Assembly (NCBI GenBank): GCA_022530585.1
Contig: CP092821.1
Location: forward strand, 262,222-326,221
Source of the DNA: Candidatus Nealsonbacteria bacterium DGGOD1a
Lineage (GTDB): Bacteria > Patescibacteriota > Minisyncoccia > Minisyncoccales > UBA5738
Direction: 5' to 3'
DNA: 64,000 nucleotides
Both the position numbers and the translations under genes were made by a program. Positions 37,409 through 46,083 of the stretch are shown one piece after another. The notes beneath the pieces are model-generated. The model worked only from the letters and a program-made list of their open reading frames with translations. It did not search any database and was not told the origin of the DNA. Position 1 is the first letter of the stretch; the number at the start of each line of letters is the position of its first letter.

Positions 37409-38175
37409 ATGAACATTTCCACCCGGAGAATTGGGGAATCCGGCCGGTGTTGTTTTCGATAAACGGGTTTGATGTCCCGGCTTATGGTTTTTTTGTCGGT
37501 TTGGCGATAATTGTCGGCGCGTTTGTTTATTGGCGCGAAGCGAATAAATATCGACAAGGCGATGACCATGGTTTTTATTTGGCGGTTGCCGGACTGCTGG
37601 GCGGCGCGGTTGGCGCCAAACTTCTGGAGTGGATTATCAATTACCAATTTGTGGCGGCGCATTTTTATGATCCGCGCGCGTTTCTTTACGGCCGCACGAT
37701 TGTGGGCGGTTTGATCGGCGGGACGATCGCGGTTTTAATTACCAAGCGCAAAATGAAAATTACTCGGCGGATGGGTAACGCGTTCGCGCCCGCGATTGCG
37801 CTGGGCGCGGCCATCGGCCGGATTGGCTGTTTCTTGGCGGGCTGTTGTTTCGGCAAACCGACCAATATGGGTTGGGGAGTTAATTTCGGCGATGGTATTT
37901 TGCGTTACCCGACGCAACTTTTTGAATCTGCGTTTATGCTGGCGATGTTTTTTTATCTGCGGTATAAAACAAAAAAAAATAATTTAAAACCCGGCCGGCT
38001 TTTTACCGAACTGATGCTGGCCTATTTCGCTTTCCGTTTTTTTCTTGAATTCATTAAAGCCGAACCGGCGATGATCGCCGGTTTGACGGTATTCCAAATT
38101 ATAAGTATTATTGTTATGCTTTATTTAATATTCGTTAAAGAAAAAATCTTGAATTTAATTTTAACTAAAAAATAA
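37402..38175 (+). CDS. lgt: Prolipoprotein diacylglyceryl transferase
   Basis: GRTIVGGLIGG, GRIGCFLAGCCFGKPT and YPTQLFES motifs. Confidence 0.9.
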   Translation: MLDEHFHPENWGIRPVLFSINGFDVPAYGFFVGLAIIVGAFVYWREANKYRQGDDHGFYLAVAGLLGGAVGAKLLEWIINYQFVAAHFYDPRAFLYGRTIVGGLIGGTIAVLITKRKMKITRRMGNAFAPAIALGAAIGRIGCFLAGCCFGKPTNMGWGVNFGDGILRYPTQLFESAFMLAMFFYLRYKTKKNNLKPGRLFTELMLAYFAFRFFLEFIKAEPAMIAGLTVFQIISIIVMLYLIFVKEKILNLILTKK

Positions 38176-38495
38176 TGGAAGATCAAAAACCGGTGAATAA
38201 TCAAAAAATCAGCGGGTTGCGAAAGCCCGTTTATTTGATCATAGGTATTATTTTTGGCGCTTTAGTATGGTTTGCCGCCGGGTATCTGCTTTTGACATTA
38301 TCAAGTTATGTTTTTTATTTTAACTATGTTTTCCCGATATTCCTTGTTGATATGCTGATTGTCGCTGTTTTGGTTTGGTCTTTGCCTCGCGCGATGAAAA
38401 AAAAGTTTATTATTATCGGTATGCTTTTATTTTTTGCGGCAGTGTTTTTAATACCCGGCCCTTGCTCGATCTTTTCATTTTTGAGTGAGTTATGA
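38175..38495 (+). CDS. Small membrane protein
   Basis: 106 aa with 3 TM helices. Its start overlaps the lgt stop by 1 nt. Confidence 0.45.
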   Translation: MEDQKPVNNQKISGLRKPVYLIIGIIFGALVWFAAGYLLLTLSSYVFYFNYVFPIFLVDMLIVAVLVWSLPRAMKKKFIIIGMLLFFAAVFLIPGPCSIFSFLSEL

Positions 38496-38543
38496 TAACT
38501 AAAATCACGGTAAATCAAAAACAGAATTATTTAAAGTAAGACT

Positions 38544-38840
38544 ATGTACGGGATGCCGGCAAAAAGATTTGAGCCTGATATTTACAAGGATCGCAGAAAA
38601 TTAAAGGTGAGCGACTTTCTCGCCGGGTTTTTATGCGGTTTGATATTTTGGCTTTTATCTTTTTGGATTGCGTGGTATGTCGCGCCGCTGATAATCGCCG
38701 CGCTTTGCGCCGCCGGATTATTTCTGAAATTTCGCCGCCGCTATTTTATTTACGGCGCGCTCGCCTTGATCTTTTTTCCGTTTGTTGTTTGGGCGACGCT
38801 CATCTGGTTCTACGCCGGCCGCAACGAAATCAAAAGCTAG
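38544..38840 (+). CDS. Small membrane protein
   Basis: 98 aa with 3 TM helices. Confidence 0.45.
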   Translation: MYGMPAKRFEPDIYKDRRKLKVSDFLAGFLCGLIFWLLSFWIAWYVAPLIIAALCAAGLFLKFRRRYFIYGALALIFFPFVVWATLIWFYAGRNEIKS

Positions 38841-38865
38841 AAATAAATCCATTTTTGATACAGGT

Positions 38866-39099
38866 CTAATCCCTAAACTTCCGGCGGTAAATTACAAACA
38901 GATTGTGAGAGTCGCGAAAAGATTGGGATTTTATTGTGCGCGGAAGACAAAAGGAAGCCATTAGATTTGGTGTTGCGATGGCAGCGGCAGACAAACCACG
39001 ATTCCAAATCATTGGAATAGGTTATTTAAGAGAAAAACATTTGCAAGTATTTTAAATGATATTGGAATCACCGTTGAGGATTTTATGAAAATAAAATAA
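38866..39099 (+). pseudogene. hicA: HicA-family toxin remnant with in-frame TAG and no start codon
   Basis: IPKLPAVNYKQIVRVAKRLGFYCARKTKGSH-TAG-IWCCDGSGRQTTIPNHWNRLFKRKTFASILNDIGITVEDFMKIK matches HicA end to end. The stop lies at 38962-38964. Confidence 0.65.
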
Positions 39100-39156
39100 T
39101 TTTGTATTTAAAAAACGCCCTTTAATAATCTTGGGGCGTTTTTCAGGAAAACAAAA

Positions 39157-39885
39157 CTAGAATTTGCAGAGGTTGTCTTCAAACTTGCCGCCGGATTTGT
39201 CGCACCAATCCCGGGACAGGCCTTTGCATTGGTTTGAGGTGACTATCCATGTGCCGCCGTTGTCGGTGCAGGCCGCTTCCACTTGCGCGTTGGCGCGTTT
39301 GTCGGTCAATTCTTTGAACATCACGCCATCAAGAATGAAACTTTTTGAAGTTGGAACCGTGGGCAGGCTTTCCACCGCGTCGCCGTCGATTTTCCAGTCG
39401 AGATAATCGACTTTCACGGCTTGGTTGACGATTGCGATATTCCGCAGATCAATACGGTCGCCGATGGCCACGGCGTTTGAGCCCACAATCAACCTTTTTT
39501 CTTCGTCAACCAGGGCGATTGCGGCGTAATAATAAACTCCCACATCATTGGCGGTTTTTTGGGTTAAAATTACCGCCCAATCGGGCTGGCCATCGGAGTT
39601 GAGATCGCCCGTAACCGGGGTTCCCGCGATTTGGGTGGTAATCTTGGACCCGTCGGCAGATGTGTTCTCGGACTTGCCGTTTTCCAGAGAGACGAGTTGA
39701 TATTCGACGAAATATCTCGCGTTCAACGGGTTTAATTCGCCGGCGACCGGTTGGTTTTCCGCGGGGTTTTGAGTCGTATTTTTGGGCAGGTTTGATAGGA
39801 TTGCCGCGGCGATGATAACCACGGCCAAAACCGCAATTCCGATAAAGATGATTTTTTTGTGCGCGAGAATCGTATTTATATTCAT
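39157..39885 (-). CDS. Anchored extracytoplasmic protein
   Basis: Start moved to the ATG at 39885 (MNINTILAHKKIIFIGIAVLAVVIIAAAIL). TGDLNSDGQPDWAVIL FG-GAP-like stretch and a Cys-rich C-terminus. Confidence 0.5.
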   Translation of the reverse strand: MNINTILAHKKIIFIGIAVLAVVIIAAAILSNLPKNTTQNPAENQPVAGELNPLNARYFVEYQLVSLENGKSENTSADGSKITTQIAGTPVTGDLNSDGQPDWAVILTQKTANDVGVYYYAAIALVDEEKRLIVGSNAVAIGDRIDLRNIAIVNQAVKVDYLDWKIDGDAVESLPTVPTSKSFILDGVMFKELTDKRANAQVEAACTDNGGTWIVTSNQCKGLSRDWCDKSGGKFEDNLCKF

Positions 39886-39924
39886 ATCTAAATTATTTGT
39901 TATTAAAACCAGTATAACACCGAG

Positions 39925-39992
39925 AAGCAAATTTGTGGAGGTTTACCTCGGAATTCTGCTTTTTGAGGTCAATCTTCAACGAATTTGCGGTA
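39925..39992. repeat. Family-D long hairpin element, copy 2
   Basis: GCAAATTTGTGGAGG (39927-39941) pairs with CTTCAACGAATTTGC (39974-39988). Homologous to 13538-13600. Confidence 0.7.
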
Positions 39993-40047
39993 ACGGATGG
40001 CCGCCGCCGGTTGGATTGCTTGCTCAACTTCGGCGGCAAGTATATTA

Positions 40048-40211
40048 TGAGAGTGTAGAAAAACTATATTTCAACTGCAATTTCCATCTTTCGGCTGCGA
40101 AAAATCCGTCAGTCGGCGGCAGACTTTAAGCCAAGTATGCCTTCTCCTTCCTCATTTTTCTCGCTCGAAATATGAAAATTTCGTTCTGAAAATAGTTTTT
40201 CCACGCTCTCA
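40048..40211. repeat. Family-C element, copy 3
   Basis: Arms are TGAGAGTGTAGAAAAACTATATTTC / GAAAATAGTTTTTCCACGCTCTCA. The core CAACTGCAATTTCCATCTTTCGGCTGCGAAAAATCCGTCAGTCGGCGGCAGACTTTAAG..AGTATGCCTTCTCC..TTTTTCTCGCTCGAAAT..GAAAATTTCGTTCTGAA is shared with the other copies. Confidence 0.75.
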
Positions 40212-40227
40212 CTATGATAAATACGAC

Positions 40228-41910
40228 ATGACACAAGAACAGGCGTTGGAAATTTTAAAATCAGGCAAAAACGCGTTCATTACCGGCCCGGCGGGGAGCG
40301 GCAAGACTTTTGTGTTGAACCGTTACATCGATTGGCTGAAAAGTTGCGGCATCAACGCGGCGATTACCGCGTCCACGGGGATCGCGGCCACCCATTTGAA
40401 CGGTATTACCATTCATTCATGGACCGGAATGGGCGTGCGCGATGAACTGGCTTCGCGCGATATAAAAGAACTGGTCAAGCGGGGATATTTGCGCCGCCGG
40501 TTTTTAAGTACCGGCGTTTTGATCATCGATGAAATATCGATGCTGGCCGGTTGCCAGTTGGAAATGGCCGATTTATTGTTTCGCGCGTTCAAACAGATTG
40601 ACGCGCCGTTTGGCGGCGCGCAGGTGGTTTTGTGCGGTGATTTTTTTCAACTGCCGCCAATCCGGCGGCGGATGAATGGGCAAGAGGTTCGTCCCAAAAG
40701 AGGCAGATCGCAGGCAAGCATGGATTTTAACGATGGCGACGGCGAGCCGGCGCCGCTGTTCGCCTATGGTTCGCGCGCGTGGCGCGAACTCGATTTGAAG
40801 ATTTGTTATTTGGACGAACAGCACCGGCAGAGCGATAAAGGTTTTTTGGCCGCACTCAACGCCATTAGGAGCAATTCCGCGGATGATGCCATTCGGCAAT
40901 ATCTGCAAACGCGCGTGGGCGCCAAGATTCAAATGAGCGTCGAGCCGACCAAGCTTTACACGCATAATGTTGATGTGGAAATTGAAAACAATCTGGAGTT
41001 GGCCAAAATTTCCGGCAAGGAATTTTATTACAAAATGGAACAGATCGGTCCGGCCGCGCTTTCGGAGCGGTTGCAAAAAAGCTGTTTGGCGCCGGAAGTC
41101 CTGCGCTTGAAAATCGGCGCGCGGGTGATGTTTGTGAAAAACAATTTTGAAGAGGGTTATGTCAACGGCACTTTGGGGGTGGTGGAAAAATTGGATGAAA
41201 GCCGGATTATGGTGCGTACCGCCGCGGGCGATTTGATGGATGTGGGGCTTGCCAGCTGGCACATTGCCGAGGAGGGCGATATTAAAGCCGAGATCAACCA
41301 GTATCCGCTGCGGCTGGCGTGGGCGATCACGGTGCACAAAAGCCAAGGGATGAGCTTGGACGCGGCCTTGGTTGATTTGAGACAGTCATTTGAGCCGGGG
41401 ATGGGTTATGTGGCGCTGTCGCGCGTGCGTTCGTCGGCCGGACTGTCGCTGGCCGGGTTCAACGAGATTGCGTTGCGGGTCAATGAAGAAGTTTTGGAGT
41501 TTGACGAAAAATTAAAAGAAAAATCCGCGGTCGCGGCCAAGGAATTGGCAATTTCGCCTTTCAAGTTCCGGAAGCCGGTTCCCGCCGCGCCGAGAAACAA
41601 AAAACCGGACACGGTTATCGTTACCCAAGGATTATTTGAGAAAGGATATTCTTTGGAGCAGATCGCCGAGGCGCGGCGGCTCAAGAAAGCGACGATCGTC
41701 GATCATTGCGAGAAGATAAAAGAAAAAGATCCGAACCTTGACTTTTCGCCGCTGGCCAAAGATGTGCCCGCGGGCAAATTGATTCAGCTCAAGGCCGCGT
41801 TGCGAAAATGCAAAGACGCCGATGGCAAGTTTCTTTTGAAGCCGGCCAAAGAATTGCTGGGCGATGATGCCGATTACGATGAATTGCGTTTGGCCCGATT
41901 GCTTTTGTAG
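40228..41910 (+). CDS. PIF1/RecD-like SF1 helicase with C-terminal HTH-like extension
   Basis: Walker A GPAGSGKTF, DEISML, GDFFQLPP, and ITVHKSQGMSLD...GMGYVALSRV. About 110 extra C-terminal residues. Confidence 0.8.
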   Translation: MTQEQALEILKSGKNAFITGPAGSGKTFVLNRYIDWLKSCGINAAITASTGIAATHLNGITIHSWTGMGVRDELASRDIKELVKRGYLRRRFLSTGVLIIDEISMLAGCQLEMADLLFRAFKQIDAPFGGAQVVLCGDFFQLPPIRRRMNGQEVRPKRGRSQASMDFNDGDGEPAPLFAYGSRAWRELDLKICYLDEQHRQSDKGFLAALNAIRSNSADDAIRQYLQTRVGAKIQMSVEPTKLYTHNVDVEIENNLELAKISGKEFYYKMEQIGPAALSERLQKSCLAPEVLRLKIGARVMFVKNNFEEGYVNGTLGVVEKLDESRIMVRTAAGDLMDVGLASWHIAEEGDIKAEINQYPLRLAWAITVHKSQGMSLDAALVDLRQSFEPGMGYVALSRVRSSAGLSLAGFNEIALRVNEEVLEFDEKLKEKSAVAAKELAISPFKFRKPVPAAPRNKKPDTVIVTQGLFEKGYSLEQIAEARRLKKATIVDHCEKIKEKDPNLDFSPLAKDVPAGKLIQLKAALRKCKDADGKFLLKPAKELLGDDADYDELRLARLLL

Positions 41911-41933
41911 AAAATAATAATTTCAAAAATACT

Positions 41934-42371
41934 ATGATGGAATTAACCAGTCCGCTGTTTACGCATAACGACGGTTTTCCGGAAAGGAGCACTTGCGACG
42001 GAAGCGATGTCAATCCGCCGTTGGAGATCGCCGGAGTTCCGCGCCAAGCCGAATCGTTGGCGCTGATTTTGCGCGATCCGGACGCGGTGGAGGGGATTTT
42101 TATCCACTGGATAATGTGGAATATCGATCCAAAAACAAATCGTATCGAGCTTGATTCCGTGCCTGCCGGCGCGGTGCTTGGCAAAACCACCGACGGCGGA
42201 ATCCGTTACATAGGCCCGTGCCCGCCAAGCGGTACCCATCGTTACATTTTCACGCTCTACGCTTTGGACACAAAGATTTATCTCAACGAGGGCGATACCG
42301 CCGAACAACTCAACGCCGCCATGAAAGGCCATATCCTTGAACAAACCGACCTCTTGGCAAAATATCGCTGA
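41934..42371 (+). CDS. YbhB/YbcL (PEBP/Raf-kinase-inhibitor-like) family protein
   Basis: DPDAVEGIFIHWIMWNI and GPCPPSGTHRYIFTLYALD motifs. Confidence 0.85.
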   Translation: MMELTSPLFTHNDGFPERSTCDGSDVNPPLEIAGVPRQAESLALILRDPDAVEGIFIHWIMWNIDPKTNRIELDSVPAGAVLGKTTDGGIRYIGPCPPSGTHRYIFTLYALDTKIYLNEGDTAEQLNAAMKGHILEQTDLLAKYR

Positions 42372-42502
42372 TTTTTTGTCGGTTATTTTGCTTCCGAAAT
42401 TAGTATATACCAAGTATATATTCAAATATATACTTTTGTTATATTTTGCAATAACGGGAAAAATTACTTAAAATAATATCGGGCAACGGCCCGATTTTAT
42501 TT

Positions 42503-42615
42503 TTTTATACCCCGTCAGCTTGCTGCGGGGAAGAAAAAGAATGAGGAGTCCTTAGTAATCGGAAGTAATTTTCGAGGAAACATCCTCTGGTTGCGGCGGG
42601 GTTAATGCCCCGACG
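42503..42615 (+). repeat. Family-A repeat, variant copy with expanded hairpin 2
   Basis: ATACCCCGTCAGCTTGCTGCGGGGAAG..GAATGAGGAGTCC..GAGGAAACATCCTCTGG..GCGGGGTTAATGCCCCGAC. Hairpin 2 is GAGGA-AACA-TCCTC instead of CCAAAGGA-AACA-TCCTTTGG. Confidence 0.75.
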
Positions 42616-42654
42616 CAAGAACTCAATTTATTTTTTAAAGACGGAAATATAATT

Positions 42655-44103
42655 ATGGCGAAATATAATTTGTATCGGGTAATGCCGGAGAAACGGTTTG
42701 AGTTGGTTGAGAAATTGCGCAAGGATGGGTTGGAGATGGCCAAGAAGGTTGAGGTTGACGGGTGCGTGTTGGAATTTTTGATTTCGCGCGCGCCGGACGG
42801 ATCGGATATCTGGTGGACCAAGACATACCGGGATTTTCTTGACGGCGCGGAATTGCCGAAAAATATTGTTTACAGCGCGGCGTTTTTTGTTTACAGCGAC
42901 GAGTTTTGTTATGCCGCGGCATTGGGGAAGACCTATTTCCAAATCAAAAATTATTGCGATTTGGATTTTGGCATAAATATGGCCCAGCGCATCGCCGCCG
43001 ACCGCGTGAAAATAAAGAATTCCAAATTTTTCAAATCGCGGCGCAACCGCGTGACCTCCAACTATCAGGCGGGCAACCGTATTGAGTTTGACAGCGGCGA
43101 GTCGCTGGATATGATCCGCGCGTCCACGATTGATCCGGCATTGTGGGGCGGCGAGGCCAATTTCGGCGCTTCGGTGCAGTTTTCCATTGATATCTCGCCG
43201 GATCAATTGCCGGCATTTATCAAAAGGATTGAGGCGGCTTTGGCTCGACCCGCGCGGATGGATTTACCCAAGGTGATTGCGATCCGCGATGCCGTTAAGT
43301 CAAAAGACTTGGACGCCGAGTTGGTGCGAACTTTGGCCAGCGAGGATCACGGCAGAATAGTTTTGATTGCCAATGAAAACTGCCAGTATTCTTTTTATTT
43401 GCAGGGCGCTTATGGCGAGCTTTCCGACAAAGGCGAATTCGACAAAAAGGCGTTGCAAAATTTTTTTAATTCGCAGAATATAAATTTGTTGGAGCAAATC
43501 AATGAAATCAAAGTCAGAGTTTATGATCCCGAAGGCCGCGAACGGTCGAAGAATCTAAAAGCCTTGATCGATTTTCATGATGAAGAAGGCCGGGTTTGTC
43601 TGATTGACGGCAAGTGGTATCGCTATAACCAATCGTTCGATAATTTTTTGCGGCGCGAAGCGGATTCGATCGCGGTTGAAAAAAACAAGGCGGCGGCGGA
43701 AGGGAAAAATTTGGATGAATTTATCGAAGCGCAAATCGCCGCCGGTTTCATCGATTGCCGCAAAGCAATCGCGGCAATCGATGAAAAATATCGGGTGAAT
43801 AAAATCGATCTTTATAAAGACGGTACATTATATTTCATCGAATTCGGCAATATTGAAGCTCCGAATTACGCGGTTGACCAGGCGATCGCCGCGATCAAAT
43901 ATCTGCAAGCGCGCCGCGGCCAGCTGGTTTTGGACGGTCAGACTCTGGATGTCGAAAGGATTTGTTTGTGGCTGGTTCCCGATGGCGGCCGCGAGATCGA
44001 AAAAATTTCGCAAATCGATTCATTAAACTTTCTGATGAAAATTTCCGATTTCAAACGCTCGGTTCTTTCGGCCGGGTTCAGGCCAAGAATTAAAGTTGGC
44101 TGA
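42655..44103 (+). CDS. Sporadically distributed large protein, TIGR04141/DUF6119-like (tentative)
   Basis: 482 aa. The overall layout and the C-terminal segment VNKIDLYKDGTLYFIEFGN...YAVDQAIAAIKYL recall the DUF6119 family. Judged from memory only. Confidence 0.35.
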   Translation: MAKYNLYRVMPEKRFELVEKLRKDGLEMAKKVEVDGCVLEFLISRAPDGSDIWWTKTYRDFLDGAELPKNIVYSAAFFVYSDEFCYAAALGKTYFQIKNYCDLDFGINMAQRIAADRVKIKNSKFFKSRRNRVTSNYQAGNRIEFDSGESLDMIRASTIDPALWGGEANFGASVQFSIDISPDQLPAFIKRIEAALARPARMDLPKVIAIRDAVKSKDLDAELVRTLASEDHGRIVLIANENCQYSFYLQGAYGELSDKGEFDKKALQNFFNSQNINLLEQINEIKVRVYDPEGRERSKNLKALIDFHDEEGRVCLIDGKWYRYNQSFDNFLRREADSIAVEKNKAAAEGKNLDEFIEAQIAAGFIDCRKAIAAIDEKYRVNKIDLYKDGTLYFIEFGNIEAPNYAVDQAIAAIKYLQARRGQLVLDGQTLDVERICLWLVPDGGREIEKISQIDSLNFLMKISDFKRSVLSAGFRPRIKVG

Positions 44104-44154
44104 CTTTGCTTTTTATTCGTATCGGTATTAAGATTTTTGATATAGCACAACAAT

Positions 44155-44484
44155 ATGGAATTCAACGAATATCAAAAAATCGCGCGGACTACCGCGATGT
44201 ACAGCGGGGCGGGGAATAATTTCGCTTATCCGGCTTTGGGATTGTGCGGCGAAGCCGGCGAGGTGGCCGAGAAAATAAAACGGATCGTGCGCGACGGCCG
44301 CAAAGAAGCGACCGCCGAAGAATCGAAAGAAATTTCCAAAGAGCTGGGCGATGTTCTATGGTACATAGCCAATCTGGCCGCGGAATTCGGTTTGGATTTG
44401 GATATGATCGCGCGGGAAAATTTGGAAAAGTTAAAATCGCGCAAGGAGCGCGGCGTGTTGCATGGATCGGGAGACAACCGATAG
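44155..44484 (+). CDS. MazG-like all-alpha nucleotide pyrophosphohydrolase
   Basis: 109 aa. GLCGEAGEVAEKIKR and ELGDVLWYIANLAAEFGLDLD (EExxE/ExxD metal-binding helices). Confidence 0.8.
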   Translation: MEFNEYQKIARTTAMYSGAGNNFAYPALGLCGEAGEVAEKIKRIVRDGRKEATAEESKEISKELGDVLWYIANLAAEFGLDLDMIARENLEKLKSRKERGVLHGSGDNR

Positions 44485-44514
44485 CCAATTTCCAATATCC
44501 AATTTTCAAAAACC

Positions 44515-45084
44515 ATGGGCAAAGAGGAAAAAAGGGAAATTAATTTGCGGGGCCGCAAGGTGATTTATTATTTGAAGACCAGCACGCGGACGCGGAGTTT
44601 GAGGATTTCAATCAAGCCCGGCGGAATCGTGGCGGCGATAAAACCGAATTTTGTCAGCGACCGGAAGGTCGATGATTTTTTAACGCAAAAATCGGAATGG
44701 GTGATTGCCAAGATTGATCTTCTAAAAAATAAGCAGCCGATTCTCGCGGCCGGCACTCGCGCGGATTTTAAACGATTATCGCCCAAAGCCCGGGCGTTGG
44801 CCCTGGAAAAGATCGGGCGGTTCAACAAAACCTACCGGGTCAACTTCAACCGCGTTGCCATACGCGACCAGAGTACGCGTTGGGGAAGTTGTTCATGCAA
44901 GGGCAATTTGAATTTCAATTACCGCATCGTTTTTTTGCCCGAACATCTGGCCGATTATATCGTGGTGCATGAAATGTGCCACCTGCGCGAACTTAACCAC
45001 TCGACCCGATTTTGGGATTTGGTGGCGCGCGCGATTCCGGATTATGCCGTTCGCCGCAAAGAATTGAAAAACGGCTATTGCTGA
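44515..45084 (+). CDS. YgjP-like (DUF45/M48-like) metallopeptidase
   Basis: 189 aa. STRWGSCS and the zinc motif VVHEMCHLRELNHSTRFWDLV. Confidence 0.8.
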   Translation: MGKEEKREINLRGRKVIYYLKTSTRTRSLRISIKPGGIVAAIKPNFVSDRKVDDFLTQKSEWVIAKIDLLKNKQPILAAGTRADFKRLSPKARALALEKIGRFNKTYRVNFNRVAIRDQSTRWGSCSCKGNLNFNYRIVFLPEHLADYIVVHEMCHLRELNHSTRFWDLVARAIPDYAVRRKELKNGYC

Positions 45085-45137
45085 AATTGGGGGCGAATGT
45101 GTTATGATAAATATGCGGAACTTACGCAAAAGTTGTT

Positions 45138-45752
45138 ATGTTAATCGATATATCAATTTTGTTGAACGAGACCTACGGTTTATTTTTGCATTGGATTGAA
45201 CAGCACGGCGGCCGGGTGCTTTTGGTGATCTTGATTGCCGGCGCGGTCAACGGTTTGTTCCGCACGGTTTTGTCGAGAAAAAGATTGATGCCCGTTATTG
45301 ACAATATCCCCCGTCCTAAGTATAAGAATATAATCGGCGAATATCAGAGAAAAAGGATTGAAACCGTGGTTAAAGCACTCAATAACACATTATCAACGAC
45401 GATTTGGGCGATTGCGATTATTACTGTATTGCCGGAATTCGGGGTTAATTTGGGGCCGATACTGGCCGGGCTCGGGCTGGCCGGGTTGGCGGTGGGAATG
45501 GCGGCCAAAGATATGCTGACTGATTTTATCGCCGGATTTTTCATAATCATTGAGGGCGAGTATAGCATCGGCGACAAAGTTAAAATTGGCGGAGTTACCG
45601 GAAAAGTTATGGAAGTTTCGTTGCGCCGCACCATTTTGCAGGGTAGCGGCGGTTCAATCCATATTGTTCCCAATCGGGAGATAAAATTGATTAAGCGTTT
45701 CGCGGGGAGGAAAAAGGGCGAGCAAGCAAATAATAATCAATCCGCTGTTTAA
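45138..45752 (+). CDS. Small mechanosensitive channel (MscS family)
   Basis: LGLAGLAVGMAAKDMLTDFIAGFFIIIEGEYSIGDKVKIGGVTGKVMEVSLRRT. Confidence 0.8.
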   Translation: MLIDISILLNETYGLFLHWIEQHGGRVLLVILIAGAVNGLFRTVLSRKRLMPVIDNIPRPKYKNIIGEYQRKRIETVVKALNNTLSTTIWAIAIITVLPEFGVNLGPILAGLGLAGLAVGMAAKDMLTDFIAGFFIIIEGEYSIGDKVKIGGVTGKVMEVSLRRTILQGSGGSIHIVPNREIKLIKRFAGRKKGEQANNNQSAV

Positions 45753-45771
45753 AGGCGGGTTTGATAAAAAA

Positions 45772-46041
45772 ATGGAAATAGAATCGTTTCCCCGTTCAGT
45801 AAACTGGTTTTTTACCACTGGCAGTCCGGTGCCGGAAATTAATTTTTGGCTTTTTATCGTTATCGTGGCTTGGTCGCTGGCTTGGAAAGGCGCGGCGCTT
45901 TGGAAAGCCGCGCGCAATAACCAATTATATTGGTTTACGGCGCTGATGCTCGTGAATACCGTGGGTATTTTGGAAATAATCTATATTTATGTTTTTACCA
46001 AAAAACGGCCCGAAATCGGTTCAAGTTCGGTTATTAAATAA
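45772..46041 (+). CDS. DUF5652-like membrane protein
   Basis: 89 aa with 2 TM helices. WSLAWKGAALWKAARNNQLYWF...NTVGILEIIYIYVF. Confidence 0.6.
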   Translation: MEIESFPRSVNWFFTTGSPVPEINFWLFIVIVAWSLAWKGAALWKAARNNQLYWFTALMLVNTVGILEIIYIYVFTKKRPEIGSSSVIK

Positions 46042-46083
46042 TGTTTTTCGGAAAATCTCCTGTCTTCGGGCGGGAGATTTTTG

